NCBI GenBank assembly: GCA_010093605.1
Contig: MU004190.1
Coordinates: 1,240,001 to 1,293,607, forward strand
Reading direction: 5' to 3'
DNA from: Lophium mytilinum
Lineage: Eukaryota
Length of the DNA stretch: 53,607 nucleotides
The first letter of the stretch is position 1; every line of letters starts with the position of its first letter. Both the position numbers and the translations under genes were made by a program. Shown piece after piece: positions 1 through 12,473 of this stretch. The notes below the pieces were generated by a model. The model did not search any database. It was given only the letters and a program-made list of their open reading frames with translations, and was not told the DNA's origin.

Positions 1-674
1 CATCTTCCTTGCGGGCAAAAGTGACATAGACTCCCACGGAGTTGGAGTGAGCAGTGTCCTTTGCCTTGCTGACCACAATTTTGATGATCTTCCCGTATTG
101 GCCAAAATACTCGTCGCCGCGAAGCATCTCATGGAGGCGGTCGTCTTGTATTGTCGGTGTCAGGCCTGTTACGTAAACGAGGTTCTTCTGCACCACGCGC
201 AGTCCGGCCAAATGTTTTCGGCTCAAGTTGTCGGCTTCGACCTTTTGCTTTTCCTTCTGGCGCAAGGCGGCATTCTTCTTCGCTTTCTGGGCTATCTCGG
301 CCTTGTGCATCGCCAGTCTATTATCATGTTAACAGGTCATGATGCAGGCCGGGCATCGTTGGGGGCTCACTCTTCGGCCGTGACGTTTTTGAATTCGATG
401 CTCTTCTCGTCGTAGGGTCGCCGGCACGCAGGACATAGGCCGTTCATGGTGGTCTTGATATTGTTGTAGCAGAACTGACATATCTAGGGCACCAGGTGAT
501 TAGTGATGGGGCCTAGCTGGGCAGGCCTGATGCCGCAAAAGCGAGGTTGCATACCTGGTAGCCACAAGGACATGGACGGAAGTTCTTGTCGGACAGGTCG
601 AACTCCTCCACGCAGAGCGGGCACACCTCCTCCTCGTCATCATCGACGAACTGGTCCTGTAGTTGTCGCGACAT
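1..674 (-). CDS. NOT4: CCR4-NOT E3 ubiquitin ligase subunit NOT4/MOT2 (5' part; runs off window start)
   Basis: ATG at 674; exon 555-674 encodes MSRQLQDQFVDDDEEEVCPLCVEEFDLSDKNFRPCPCGYQ. Intron 484-554 (GTATGC..CTAATC..TAG). Exon 2 continues ICQFCYNNIKTTMNGLCPACRRPY (C4C4 RING) and then the RRM (VVQKNLVYVTGL...YFGQYGKIIKIVV). Confidence 0.95.
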
Positions 675-1064
675 AGCCGTGGTGTGTGATGGGTATGCGG
701 TGTGAGTTGTTCAAGCGTAGTCGCCGGGTGGCGCACGAAAGGAGAGATGACCACGGAGAGAGGGCAGATGGGGAGGAGAGTGTGGTCTCTGCCGGACGAG
801 AGTGAAGAAGCAAGAGGAGTAGATAGAAGTTTGCCTTGAGGCATAGAAAGAGGTGAGGGAGGGAGGGCGTCGAGGAAGAAAGCGTGAAGGTTCGCGCAGA
901 ACGCTGTTGCCATCCATGGCGCTGCCAAGCCGCTAACTGGTCGAGTCCCGTGACTTTTGCCGACCTCATCAACTCTAGATGATGCGAGAGACGTTCATTT
1001 GCACTGCTCACGATCCTCGCGCGGCCTCACCTCTGCCGCCCTCACACCCATCTCCGCTCCATCG

Positions 1065-2107
1065 ATGGCTCTCCGCCTGTCAGCAAGTCGGCCATTGGCC
1101 GTGGCCGCCCGCTGCGCCGCGAGCTCCAGCGCCTTCGCCCCTCGAGCTTTCACGACCACAATCCTACGAGCAAAAGAAGTGACGGGAGCCTCCGACGCGC
1201 CGAACATGCGGGTACGCGCTCAATTGATCTATTGCGAGCTCGGAGACAGTTCTAATGGATGTAGTTTGCCCCGAGGGACGCACCCGGCAAGCTCAAGGCC
1301 CCGATCGTCAACCCGGCCGACAAGTACGCAGAGAAGGGCGAGGCGCTACACAAATATGGCCAATACGTCATGTCATGTCTGCCGAAATATGTCCAGCAGT
1401 AAGGCGTTCGAAGAGTGCTACATCGCAACGGGAATAACACCTTGACTAGATTCTCTGTGTGGAAGGACGAATTGACTATCTACATCCCTCCATCCGGCGT
1501 CATTCCCGTCTTCACGTTCTTGAAGTACCACACCGCTGCCGAATACACCCAAGTCACCGACATCACAGCTGTTGACTACCCGACGAAGGACCAGCGTTTT
1601 GAGGTCGTTTACAACATGCTCAGCATCCGGCACAACTCGCGCATACGGGTCAAGACATACGCGGACGAAGCAACCCCAGTTCCAAGTATCTGCGATCTGT
1701 ACGACGGAGCCAATTGGTACGAGAGGGAGGTCTACGACCTTTTCGGCGTCTTCTTCGTCGGACACCCGGATTTGAGGCGAATCATGACGGATTACGGCTT
1801 CGACGGACATCCACTACGGAAGGACTTCCCCATGACTGGATATACTGAGATCCGATATGATGAGGAGAAAAAGAGGATTGTTGTAGAGCCTCTGGAAATG
1901 ACTCAGGCATACCGGAACTTCCGCGGCGGTTCCGCCGCGTGGGAACCAGTCGGTCCTGGAGAAGACAGGAAGCCAGATCAGGTACGTGCTAGTTTTCTAG
2001 GACTAGATCTGAACACAACGCCGTCCACCGCTAAAGTAGCTAACTTGACCTAGTTCAAACTGCCGACGCCAAAACCGGAGCCACCAAAGGAGGAGCCGAA
2101 GAAATAG
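1065..2107 (+). CDS. NDUFS3: Mitochondrial NADH:ubiquinone oxidoreductase 30-kDa subunit (NuoC-like)
   Basis: Arg/Ala/Ser-rich presequence [16 protein letters not shown]. Introns 1212-1264, 1399-1449, 1982-2053. Motifs [45 protein letters not shown]. Ends PKEEPKK* at 2107. Confidence 0.96.
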
Positions 2108-2485
2108 TTGAGGTTGCGTCGCATGTACAGTGTAAATATATATCCAATCGACGGTGCCGTGTGCTTCTGGCGAAGACGATCCTGCTCTAGAATGTGAATG
2201 TGCTACGTTTCAGGATGTCAAATGATTCCTGCGTCGTCTTTGCATACAAGCTCTTTCCCCAACTTTCGCTTAACAGGATGCTGCACTTCGCGGTCACCAT
2301 GGTATCCGAAATAGCGTTCAGAGGGATCATTTGCGGCCATAACGTCCTGCCATGAGGGCTACCATGAGTGCTATTATCAGCGCTAGCTTTGATAGCCACA
2401 TCACGCAAGCCGCTTTCGATGCAATGAATTCTTCCCCAAGACTCCCACTCTCATCTCATTCCCTTCCCCTTGCCCAATCTCACAC

Positions 2486-3064
2486 TCATCCAGCTACAAC
2501 TTCCAATCCCTTGAACCCCGCCTCCAATCCCCCTTGCTCTTCCTTCCCCGGGCGTGCTGCATACGCCGCCACACTAATCTCCCACTCCTCCTCTCCCGCA
2601 AAGAACCACGCCACCTCCCTCAACGGCACCTTCTTGCTCCCCTCCACCGCATACACCCACAGCGCCATATCCTCCCTCGCCACCTCGACCGTCGCTTCAA
2701 CCTTCCCCTCCCCCGCTTCCTTGAGAACAGAGAAGGGCACCACGCTCCAATCGGCCCACTGGTCGCATCCCACGGTGCTCACGTAGGGCGAGCCGTTGTA
2801 GAACTCGACGCCGGTTTTGAGCCATTTTTCTGGCGGGCCCGAGGCGGTGGTGCCCTTGCGGGTTAGCGAGAGCAGGAGCCCGGCTTGGTCGTATTGGGTG
2901 AGTTTTGAGGCGGGGGGGAGGGAGAAGGTTAGGCGGGCGGATTTGAAGGTTGAGAGCGGATGGTTGGTGGGAGTGGTGGGGTGGGTGGGCGCGTTGAAGG
3001 CGATGTGGGCGGGGGGTTTGCGCCAGATATCGGTATCCGGGCCGGCGGTGAGGTTGAAAGACAT
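2486..3064 (-). CDS. DUF1349 (REE1-like, concanavalin-like fold) protein, 192 aa
   Basis: Intronless ORF with family motifs TDIWRKPP, YDQAGL, KWLKTGVEFYNG, STVGCDQWADWS, PLREVAWFF, YAARP. Confidence 0.85.
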   Translation of the reverse strand: MSFNLTAGPDTDIWRKPPAHIAFNAPTHPTTPTNHPLSTFKSARLTFSLPPASKLTQYDQAGLLLSLTRKGTTASGPPEKWLKTGVEFYNGSPYVSTVGCDQWADWSVVPFSVLKEAGEGKVEATVEVAREDMALWVYAVEGSKKVPLREVAWFFAGEEEWEISVAAYAARPGKEEQGGLEAGFKGLEVVAG

Positions 3065-4243
3065 GTTGTGTTTTGGGGTTGAGGGTTGGAGTCAAAGAAA
3101 TGGATTGGGAGGTTGAGGTGAGATTGCGATCAGATTTTGATGAGTGGAATATGGAAGAGCTTCAAGAACTGGTGTTCGAGGGGATCATTTAAACAACCTT
3201 AAGGACTAGATCTTATATGGCCTTTCAGATTGGGGTCAGGAGAGCTGACTCCGACCTCCAATATAGCTCTTATGCAGCATGGGCGTGATACTTGGCAGTG
3301 CATGCATACGACACGAAAATTTGCCCTAAGCGGCAACCGAAAAAACAAGACGTAATTTCAGGTTACTCAAGTAGGCAGGAGATTGGGATGCTATCCATGC
3401 ATTTGCGGGGTTCTTGGCCGCATGAACGTTGGTCATAAGATAGATAAACTCCACTATTGTTCTTCAAACCACGGTGATACTTCATTATTAATAATATAGG
3501 AGATTCTTTGTTCAAATACTCCTACCAACTTTCATTTGATGTAACTCTTTGAACGAAATCAGCTATGGTTTTGTGATCGCATTTGTGATCGCATTTGCGT
3601 TCTAGTTAGATAGCGGGGCGGGAGCGTTTCGCTTGACGACAATCTTATCCGTCTACTCCATCCTCAACTAGAAAGCAGCTTCCAGCCAATACACCATCAT
3701 TGGCATATTTCAAGCATCACAGAGTGTTTCTTTCTAATCCTTTGTCCTAGATAAACTGGCACGTGAACTGTCACTGTAGGCTCTGACGTAGCGGTAAAGT
3801 CTGGCACGCGCTGCAGAGGAACCGCTCCTGGGGGCAGTATCAAGAACTTCTTCCATCAAATCCGTTCCGTTTCGCCTCCCTCATATTTTCCTCTGTCCAA
3901 TTCAATACCAGAACAAAGACTTATAGCCTCTGCTCAGTATCGTAGTCGCAACTTGATCTGTTTTTAATTGTCTATAAATTGTGCACATCTTCTCACTGGT
4001 AACTTTGCTCAACATCAGATTGCGATGAATACCCCACTAAATAAAGAGAAGGGCTAGTTTCAACATCTTTCAGACAACCTACCCGGTGTATTTTTCGTAT
4101 CCGCTTGGTCCGCTTTTATTGCCAAAGGTGCCCCAAAACGCTCTCAAGCCTTCTTGAAGAAGAGGGATAGAAAGTTCAATTATTTGGAGCATTCATTCGC
4201 TTTCAGGATCACCTCAGACGACTCCATCTAGATTGTCCTTACC

Positions 4244-5336
4244 ATGGATGCCGAAAAACTCGCATCCGCACTCCCAACCATCGATCTATCTTCTTTCTTC
4301 GACCCTAACTCCTCCAGAAAAGAGCGAGAATCCACCGCCCGCGCCATCGACTCCGCGTGCACCGAATTTGGCTTTTTTTACCTCACCGGACACGGCATTC
4401 CCTCAACCACTACTGAACGCGTCCTCTCCCTCGCGCGCGAATTCTTCTCTCTCCCCAAAGCCGAGAAAGAGAAAATCGCTCGCGCTAAAGATGGATTCCG
4501 CGGCTACCAGGGCCTCGGCGAGAACGTTACCCTCAATGCTCGCGATATGCATGAGGCCGTGGACCTGTATCGCGAAGTCAGCACGATCAATGGACCGCGA
4601 CCGCCATTCGAAGCGCTGCAGGGCATAAATCCATGGCCCAAAGAACCCAAAGAACTTAAAGCCTTCTACGATTCCTACATCCAGGAATGCATGAAAGTCT
4701 GCAGCACCCTACTCGGCGCAATGGGCGTAGCCCTCGACCTCAACCCAACCTCGAACGCAGATGCCCCTGCTAGCACAGAGGATGACGATGTCTTTGTTCG
4801 CAACTCGACGAACTCGTTCTGGATCATGCGTATGATTGGGTATCCACCGTTAGCAAAGCCCCTGAGCCCAGAAAACGGAAATGAAGAGAGCGTGAAAGAG
4901 TTCTCCTGTGGCGAGCACTCGGACTACGGCTGCCTGACCCTTCTCCTCGCCGACCCGACCAAAAACGCGCTTCAAGTCCGGCTCAAATCCGGTGGCTACT
5001 TGAATGTTGACCCAGTTCCAGGCGCTTTTGTCGTGAATATCGGGGATATGGTCGAGCGGTGGACGAATGGACAGTGGCATTCCGTAAGGCACCGGGTGAT
5101 CCATCGCGGAGAGGGGTATCGCGTCAGCGTGCCGTTTTTCTATGAACCGAATTGGGATGCGGTGGTCAAGCCATTGAAGATGTGTGTGGAGAGAGGTGGA
5201 GGCGTGGCGAAGTACGAGGAGGTTATGTACGGGGACCATTTGATGGGGAAGCTACATAACAACTTTTATAGTAAGGTCTTTGGAGAGGAGGAGAGAGGTT
5301 CTATTACTAACATTAATACCAGGTGGTGGGAATTAA
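4244..5336 (+). CDS. 2-oxoglutarate/Fe(II)-dependent oxygenase (isopenicillin N synthase-like, DIOX_N + 2OG-FeII_Oxy)
   Basis: LPTIDLS...ACTEFGFFYLTGHGI; HxD (GEHSDYG), NIGDMVERWTNG, HRV, RxS (RVSVPFF). Probable last intron 5271-5322 (GTAAGG..CTAAC..CAG) gives ...NNFYSGGN* ending at 5336. Confidence 0.9.
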
Positions 5337-6510
5337 GATGGATGGTTTGGGGTGGTAGTGGTTGGAGTGGGAGCTGGGGTTGCATCAGATGGTAGAGTGT
5401 TCGCCAGTATGCGAACTGCTTGAGACCTTGTAGATAAAGGAAGTGACGGGAAGTGCCAGGAAGTAACAGGATTCTCTAGGACGTCAGTGCTCAGTGCTGA
5501 ACCACAGCTCAGTGTCCTCTCTGCTATCCTCAATATCTAATCAGAATCCACATCCCCCTAACATAGCACACTCTTTCCACTCTCCTCGACCCTAAGCCCC
5601 CTCTGCGACACCTCAGAAGAAGCTCTCATTACCCCAGCAATCTACCTACCACCAAGACAACGGTAGCGACCTGAACCATCAATGCACCAGATACGCCTAA
5701 CGAATCGTCGATATCCGACCTCCGCCACACCTTTCCATCACGACTCAGCAACCGCTGTCACATCCCGCTTCTCCCCGATCGACTCGCGAAGCTCAGGTCC
5801 AGAAACAAGCTCGAGGGCCTCGCCGTGCCCAGAACAGATCAACAAGATCGTCAGCGGGAGGACCCAGCTGACATGTCTATCGATGTCTCGTTAGTTCTTG
5901 CATGTAGTGCGGGAGGGACGCAGGTGCCCTGTGGTCTATGCATTCGCTGGAAGGGGTAGAACAGGAGGACGATGTGAGACATGCCTCATCACTTCATCTC
6001 TCTAACAGTTTCAGAGGCGATGAAAGCGACCTCCTTTGGAGCATCCTCATTCATCCTAGATACTGTTAGACTTTCTAAGGTGTACCTATCTCGTAACACT
6101 CCATACTATATATTCCATAGCCCCAACCCAACCGCGCCCTACCGGAATCCTTACCAAACCCAAACTTCCCCAGAGCCGCTAACACACACCTGTTACCTAT
6201 CGTATTCGGCACCGCGCCGCAACTCCGACACGACTAAGCTCATCCGCCGCCTCGCTTAGGCACATGTAGAGTACAGCAACAAGCCACAAGTCTATTCCCA
6301 CCCGTTCATCACCCGCTTGTGGTAACCCCCATAAGGTCCAAACGTCTATGCGCGATGTCAAGTTCCAAGCAGTGCAGACCTAACCGCCGCTTCAATCACT
6401 GCCTATTGGCTACTCCTCTCAGTAGTGTTAAGTGCAAGATTGGAGCCGCACAGCAATAAGTCTGTGTGCCGGGACGGGACACCAAGTACTGCATGTACAT
6501 GTACCACCTA

Positions 6511-9500
6511 CGGAGGTGCTTTACAAAAGTTTTTGCCGCGCTAAAATAGCGTAAAGCCACGGAAACGCCACCGGATAGGCGCTCGTGCCTTACAAGACAC
6601 CTTACACCCGTTTTTTAGTGCACCAACGTCCTCCATGGCATCCTTAAGCCCTAATTTTAATTGTTTAAGGTTGCTAAGCCTTCTAAGTAAGGTAATATTA
6701 CTTAATTCCTTAGTATTATACTTCTAATATATAATAGATCTTAGAATCGCTATTACTACCGCCCTTCTTCTCTCCTTATTAGTTCTCTTTTCTAGGCCCC
6801 TCTCCTCTAGCCTTACTACTACCGAATTAGTTAAAGGCGAAGCTTATATAGAAGCTATTAACTCTATAGAGTAGCTATAAGGTTATAGTAAAGTACTATA
6901 GAAAGCTAGTTAACTAAGTTAAGACTCTAGAGAGGGCTATATTTATATAAAATAGTAAGGCTATATAGTAGACTATATAAAATAGAAAGGCTAAGTAGCT
7001 ATCTATATAGAAGAAGAACTCTACTATACTAAAGGCCCTATTTAATAGCCTAATTATTATAGCTATATATTTAAGCACGCTATTATATAAGCTAAGCTAT
7101 AGTAATATATTAGCCCGAGCTATATAAGTAGGCCTATAGCCTATAACTCTATCTTACGCCTCTATACCTCTATTTCTTTCTTAGCTTTATATTCTTATTA
7201 CTTTTAAATATAAGCCTATTTTCTATATATATTTAAGCCCTAATATAATATAAAGCTTCTTCTAGAGGCTAGAAGTAAATAGGCCTTACCTTAATTTTCT
7301 AGTACCGCTAGACCTTAATAGCTTATAGAGCTACCTTTTAATTACCTTACTACTATAATACCTTATAACTATAATAGATTATAATAAGTAACTAAGCTAG
7401 TACTCTTTAGTAACCTAATTATACCTTATCTTTATATTTATTACTATAAGTAGTACTAAGTAGAACCCGTAGGGTACCTATAGAGTCCCTTATATATTTA
7501 ACTACCTTAGCGCGCTATATAAGCCTAAATAACTATTACCTATACTATACTACGGCCCGTAATAAAGATAAAGCTAGATAAAGAGCTTAGTAATATATTA
7601 GGCTAGAAAGAACTAGAAGAAACTTAATATATATATATAGCTTATTATAGCGCGTATATAGACTATTATAGTAAATAGAAATTAAGCCTTAAAAGAAAAT
7701 AATAAGAAATTAACTCTTTTCCCCTTTTCTATAATATTAAATACCTTATAATTCTTATAATTCTCTTAATAGACTATATCTATTAGCCTACTATTAAAGA
7801 AGCTATAGCTTTTATACTTAAAACTAATAACTTATAACTCTATCTATTACTTATTTAAACGCCCTATATTAATTTCTATAAATTTAAATATTAATAGTCT
7901 ATATATAAGCTACCTAGCTAGCTACTATTTTTAAAGCTACGGCCGTGCTATAGGCTACGCCTATCTATAGCTTAAGCCTTTTAATAATTTCTATTTAATT
8001 TCTATATTAAACGCCTACCTACGCCTATAATCTATACCTATATCTATAACCTACGCCGTGCCTATAACTATGCCTATGCCTGCGTACGTAATACTATATT
8101 AGCTGTAATTCTTACTATAATTATAATAATAAAAGAAAATATAGTATACTATATAGCTCTAGCTTTATCTAGCTCTATTATAGCTAGTACTATAATTACT
8201 ATATAGTAGTATATATATAATTACGCTAGAAATTAGTATATAGTTTAGCTATATATTAAAAATAATACTAATTATTAATTTAGCCCCTTTATAAGCTATA
8301 AGCTATAAGCCTTACTACTTAATATTAATTTAAATACATTTAACTTACCTATCTTACCTAGTATAATAATACTACGGCTACTAGGCCTATATAAATAGAA
8401 GGGAGGACTTCTAGATTTATATATAATTACGGTTTATTATAGCTAGATACCTAGCTAGAAGAAGAGAAAGAGGGGCTTCTTTAAAGAGGGGAGATATATT
8501 ATAGCTATATATTTAAGCACGCTATTATATAAGCTAAGCTATAATAATATATTAGCCTAAGCTATATAAGTAGGCCTATAGCCTATAACTCTATCTTACG
8601 CCTCTATACCTTTATTTCTTTCTTAGCTTTATATTCTTATTACTCTTAAATATAAGCCTATTTTCTATATATATTTAAGCTCTAATACTAATTATATAGA
8701 TTTAGTATAGATTATATCTATATAAATATATTAAGTTATAGCCGCTATTTTTTAAGCTATTTAAGTAGCCGTCTTAAAGCTAATAGCTTAGGTACTAGTT
8801 CTTATAGGCCTACTACCTATTTTTAATACCTAGCCTATTTTAAAAATAGACGGCCTACCTATAGCCTCTTTTTTATTAGCCTTCTTATATTATTATAGCT
8901 ACTACTTCTACTTTAGAGGTATTAGTAATATAGGCTATAGTATTAATTTCTTATTAAGATTCTTCTTATTAGTATTAATATTAATCTAGCTATCTAGAGT
9001 CTATAGGTAGTAAGGTTTCTTATTAGTACCCTCTCTATATTTATTACCCCTATTTAATTTAATAATCTTTTTAATAGTGCGCAGTATTTTTTTAATTTAG
9101 GCCTAATATCTCTATTATTCTATTTCTTTCTAAGCGCCTCTCTATATTCTCTCTACTAGCGCGCTATTCTTAGGGGTACCTTTTCTAGTAGTAACACGCT
9201 TTAAATAGGGCTAGGCCGGCTTAATTATATTAAGATCTAGTAAATTACCTATTTAAAGAAGCTAGATAATATATATAGTATTATAGATCTTAGCCTAGTA
9301 ATAATATATATATACTAGAGCCTTATCTTTCTATATAATAGTATTTAGATAAAATCTAGCATATTTAATAGTAAAAAAAATAAGTAGAGGCTTAAAAATA
9401 TAGATTATATACTAGTACTAATTAACGCCTTTACCTACGCCTTTTATAAGCTTTCTAGTCTCTTTAGTAAACTTCTATTAAGGTTTCTTACTACTATATA

Positions 9501-10495
9501 AGTGTATAATTCTAAGGTATAATATAGAATTAATTAATTTCTACTTAAACTTAGCCTATTTCTCTATTAAATTATTAAGATCTTAAAGCTCTACTATTAT
9601 AGCTTTATACTCTTAAGTAGTTTCTAGGTACTAGATATAGTATAGTTTTTTCCTCTTATAAAAGAAGTAGCCCTAGAATATAAACTCTTAATAGCCCTTT
9701 TATCTCTCTCTTATTATACTCTTTAAGAACCTCTTTTTAAGTATATACTAGATTTAATACCCGCCGTAATAGTATTTAATAATAATAGAAGTTTTATTAC
9801 TCTAAATAATATCTTTCTATTTCTCTAGTATTTAATTTTAGTACTCTAGATACTATTTAAGGTACTTTACCTTTATATACTTTATAAGGCCTAGCTTATA
9901 TATTAGCTTAGTCTTTTTTATATAAAGATAATAGTAGTAGAGAATCCTTTAAATTATTATATTTAATACGCCTATAGCCTTAGTAAGCTATAAGGTATTT
10001 ATCTCTCTACTAGTATAGCTTTTAGTAATAAGGTTATAAATCTTACTAATCTTTCTAGGCGTTTAAATAGTAGGCCGGCTATTATAAGGGGTATTCTATA
10101 TATATATATTAAAAACTTTTAGTAATAAAGAGCTAAATTCTTAGTTAATTACCTTTTTCTATAGTATATAAATAGTGCACTCTATTATATCTATAGTAGT
10201 AATAATTTAGATATTTATTTAGCTATAGGCCTTTATTATAAGGGCCTACGCCCTAGTAGTAATATTATATATTAATCTAGTATTAATATTTAAATTTTTA
10301 ATAAAGTTTTATATATATCTATCTATATAGAAAGCGTAGTATATTTCTAATAGAGTAGTAAAGTTAGTATAAGCCGGTAGAAATTGCGCCAAGAAGCGAG
10401 GCCCGAGGTGGCGCCAGCCAATACGAGGTGGCGTACAGGCCCCCCCTGTCTAGCGTCCTTCTTAGCGCGGCAAAAACTTTTGTAAAGCACCTCCG
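6511..10495 (-). mobile_element. RIP-inactivated Tc1/mariner (DD34E) DNA transposon
   Basis: Perfect 34-bp TIRs CGGAGGTGCTTTACAAAAGTTTTTGCCGCGCTAA at 6511-6544 and 10462-10495, with TA on both outer sides. Reversing RIP transitions on the minus strand restores EFMFWGCFSYERKGPCHIW (~9632-9687), QEDKAPAH (D at 9325-9327) and GNSPDLNMIEPAW (E at 9220-9222). The D and E are 35 codons apart. Confidence 0.92.
7055..8687 (+). mobile_element. Miniature non-autonomous LTR retroelement (TRIM-like) nested in the Tc1 element, RIP-mutated
   Basis: ~191-bp direct repeats at 7055-7245 and 8497-8687 with TATTA...TAATA ends (RIP form of TGTTA...TAACA). 5-bp TSD CTAAT at 7050-7054 and 8688-8692. Polypurine tract AAAGAGGGGAGA immediately before the second LTR. 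Confidence 0.85.
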
Positions 10496-11098
10496 TACGT
10501 ATGAAGGTACCTAGTCCATGCACCTACAAACTTAATTCCCCACCCACCCAAATAGTGAATCATCGGCAGGGGCCGAGGACTAGCAAAGCTCGGCCGACTA
10601 GACTAAAGAAGCCCGTGGTCGGGGCTAGGGAAGGACGGAAGCTCGTTATCTGGTACCGCGCGGGCGGGCCGGGTAGCCTATTGTTGTCAGGGCGCACCCA
10701 GGCGTAAAGAGGCGAGGAGAGGGGCGAGGGCGGTAGGGCCGATAGGAGGAATTGGATCAGGGTGCGGCAAGGGAGGGTCGGGATGGTCCGTCCGGTGGTG
10801 TGAAGGAGGCGAGGATGGAAGTTTAGGTATTTTGGGGAGGTGGCCAAAACTTCATAGTACGTTGATTTTATGCATGTGTAGAGTAGAGCGCGTTCAAATA
10901 GTCATAAAAAAGGCGGATATATTGCGATCCCATCTCAATCCCCCTTCTATATCTCTCACCATGTCGTCGTGTATTAAATAGAATTTATAATGCATTGCAA
11001 GGAAAACTCAAACGCCCGGCCCAAAATTCCGCAGAATAAGCCGCCCTGGATATCAATCATGCACGCACAACATCACACTCCAACCCCCTTTCCCTAAC

Positions 11099-12473
11099 CT
11101 AAAAGTCAGGCTTGTCCATCGACCGCCGACTACTCCGCTCCTCATCCTGACTCCGTCTCTCACTCGCCACCGTTACCGTGACCTCTTGCAGAATTCCGTG
11201 GTAGCTCTGGTAGATATGCTCCTGGCTCTCATTGTCCTCGGGCCCGGTCGCCCGCACGCTCGTGGTCCCATTGGTCGCCCACTTCGACCCCAATCCAGTC
11301 CCAGTCCCGCTCTTGTTGTGCGAAATACTCCCGAGAGGTACGGAATTTTGCTTCGTCTGACGAGATTTGGAGCCGTACTTTGTAGGGCCAGATACGTTGT
11401 AAGAAGAGCCGAGGAGGGTGGGGACGTAGCGGCGGAGGAAGGCCTTGAAGGCGGGCGCGCAGGCGATGAAGATGGCCGTATGGAGTTCCACTATGGACCA
11501 ATTGAGGGGGCTGACGAGGTCTACGGTGCCATTGGTGGAGTGGATTATGGTTTTGAGGGTTGCGAGGCGAACGATGCTGGCAACGCAGACTCTGAGGGGA
11601 AGTTAGTACCAGTTTTCATTAAGAGATAGAGATGATTGGGAGTAAAATGCAGTGAGTGCAAGGGAGTATTGAACGTTGGAAGGATCAAGGACGGTGGGGC
11701 AACGTACAAACTACCAAGTCCAAAGAGCCCGCACAAGCTCATACGCTGTCGGATGGGCATGTGCAAGCCCCAGAGGAACCGCATCGGTAGCAGAAGAATG
11801 CCAACGTCCGTGAGGATGTTCAAAGCCGCGTTGGCGTAGTAGAAATCGATTACTTGGAAACAATGGCCCTTTTGGGTCGGGTTCCAAAGCATAGAAAGCG
11901 GTATACATTGGACAAGTACGGCCACGATACTGCCGATTCCGAAGCCGGTAACGACAAACATGGCTACGTACACCATGATGAGAAAGCTCCGTTCTGGTGA
12001 GAGTCGGGTGTAGAAAGTCAAGAGCGAAAGTTTGATGAACATAGCAGAGAAGCTGTACGACACCGAAGATGTGAGGGTGAGCTAAACGTCGTCAGTGTGT
12101 TGGACTGTGATACTAGCCACGGAGTATACCTTCTGATAGGGTGCGACTTCTTGAGGCAACTGGTCTTTAATGGGGCTTCCCAGGCCATACTTGATCGCTT
12201 CAAATTGTCAGCATATCAAGAGTCGTAAGGGATGCTAGAATGAATATACCTCCTATAGGAGTAGCTGAACAGAGGATTGCAAATATCTGAAGATATATAA
12301 GCCTGGATCACGTCGATTATGGCACAGAGACATACCGCTGCAATGCATATCAAGTAGTCGTCAGGCCCCATGTTCTTCATAAAGACTAGTCGCGTAAAGA
12401 GCCTGCATGCAATACAAAGAACTGTGATCGACATGAACACCGCGGACAGGATGAGGAGCCCTTCTGCCGCCAT
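11099..12473 (-). CDS. PTH11-like (fungal rhodopsin-domain/SAT4 family) integral membrane protein, no CFEM domain
   Basis: Five-exon model starting MAAEGLLILSAVF...RLFTR...MGPDDYL. Motifs YGLG, IKLSLLTFYTRL, QCIPL..W.P..G.C, NILTDVGILLLP, F.LG...C.ASIVRL, WSIVELHTAIFIACAP. Ser/Thr-rich cytosolic tail. Confidence 0.88.

Noticed and set aside
3570..3597. 12-bp tandem duplication TTTGTGATCGCA x2
   Set aside because: Isolated slippage-type duplication with no supporting context.
5560..6260. Possible gene or snoRNA on the minus strand (a CTAAC...TAG acceptor-like signal near 5877-5895, TGATGA-like box)
   Set aside because: No consistent reading frame or complete RNA motif set could be assembled; at most an unrecognisable pseudogene.
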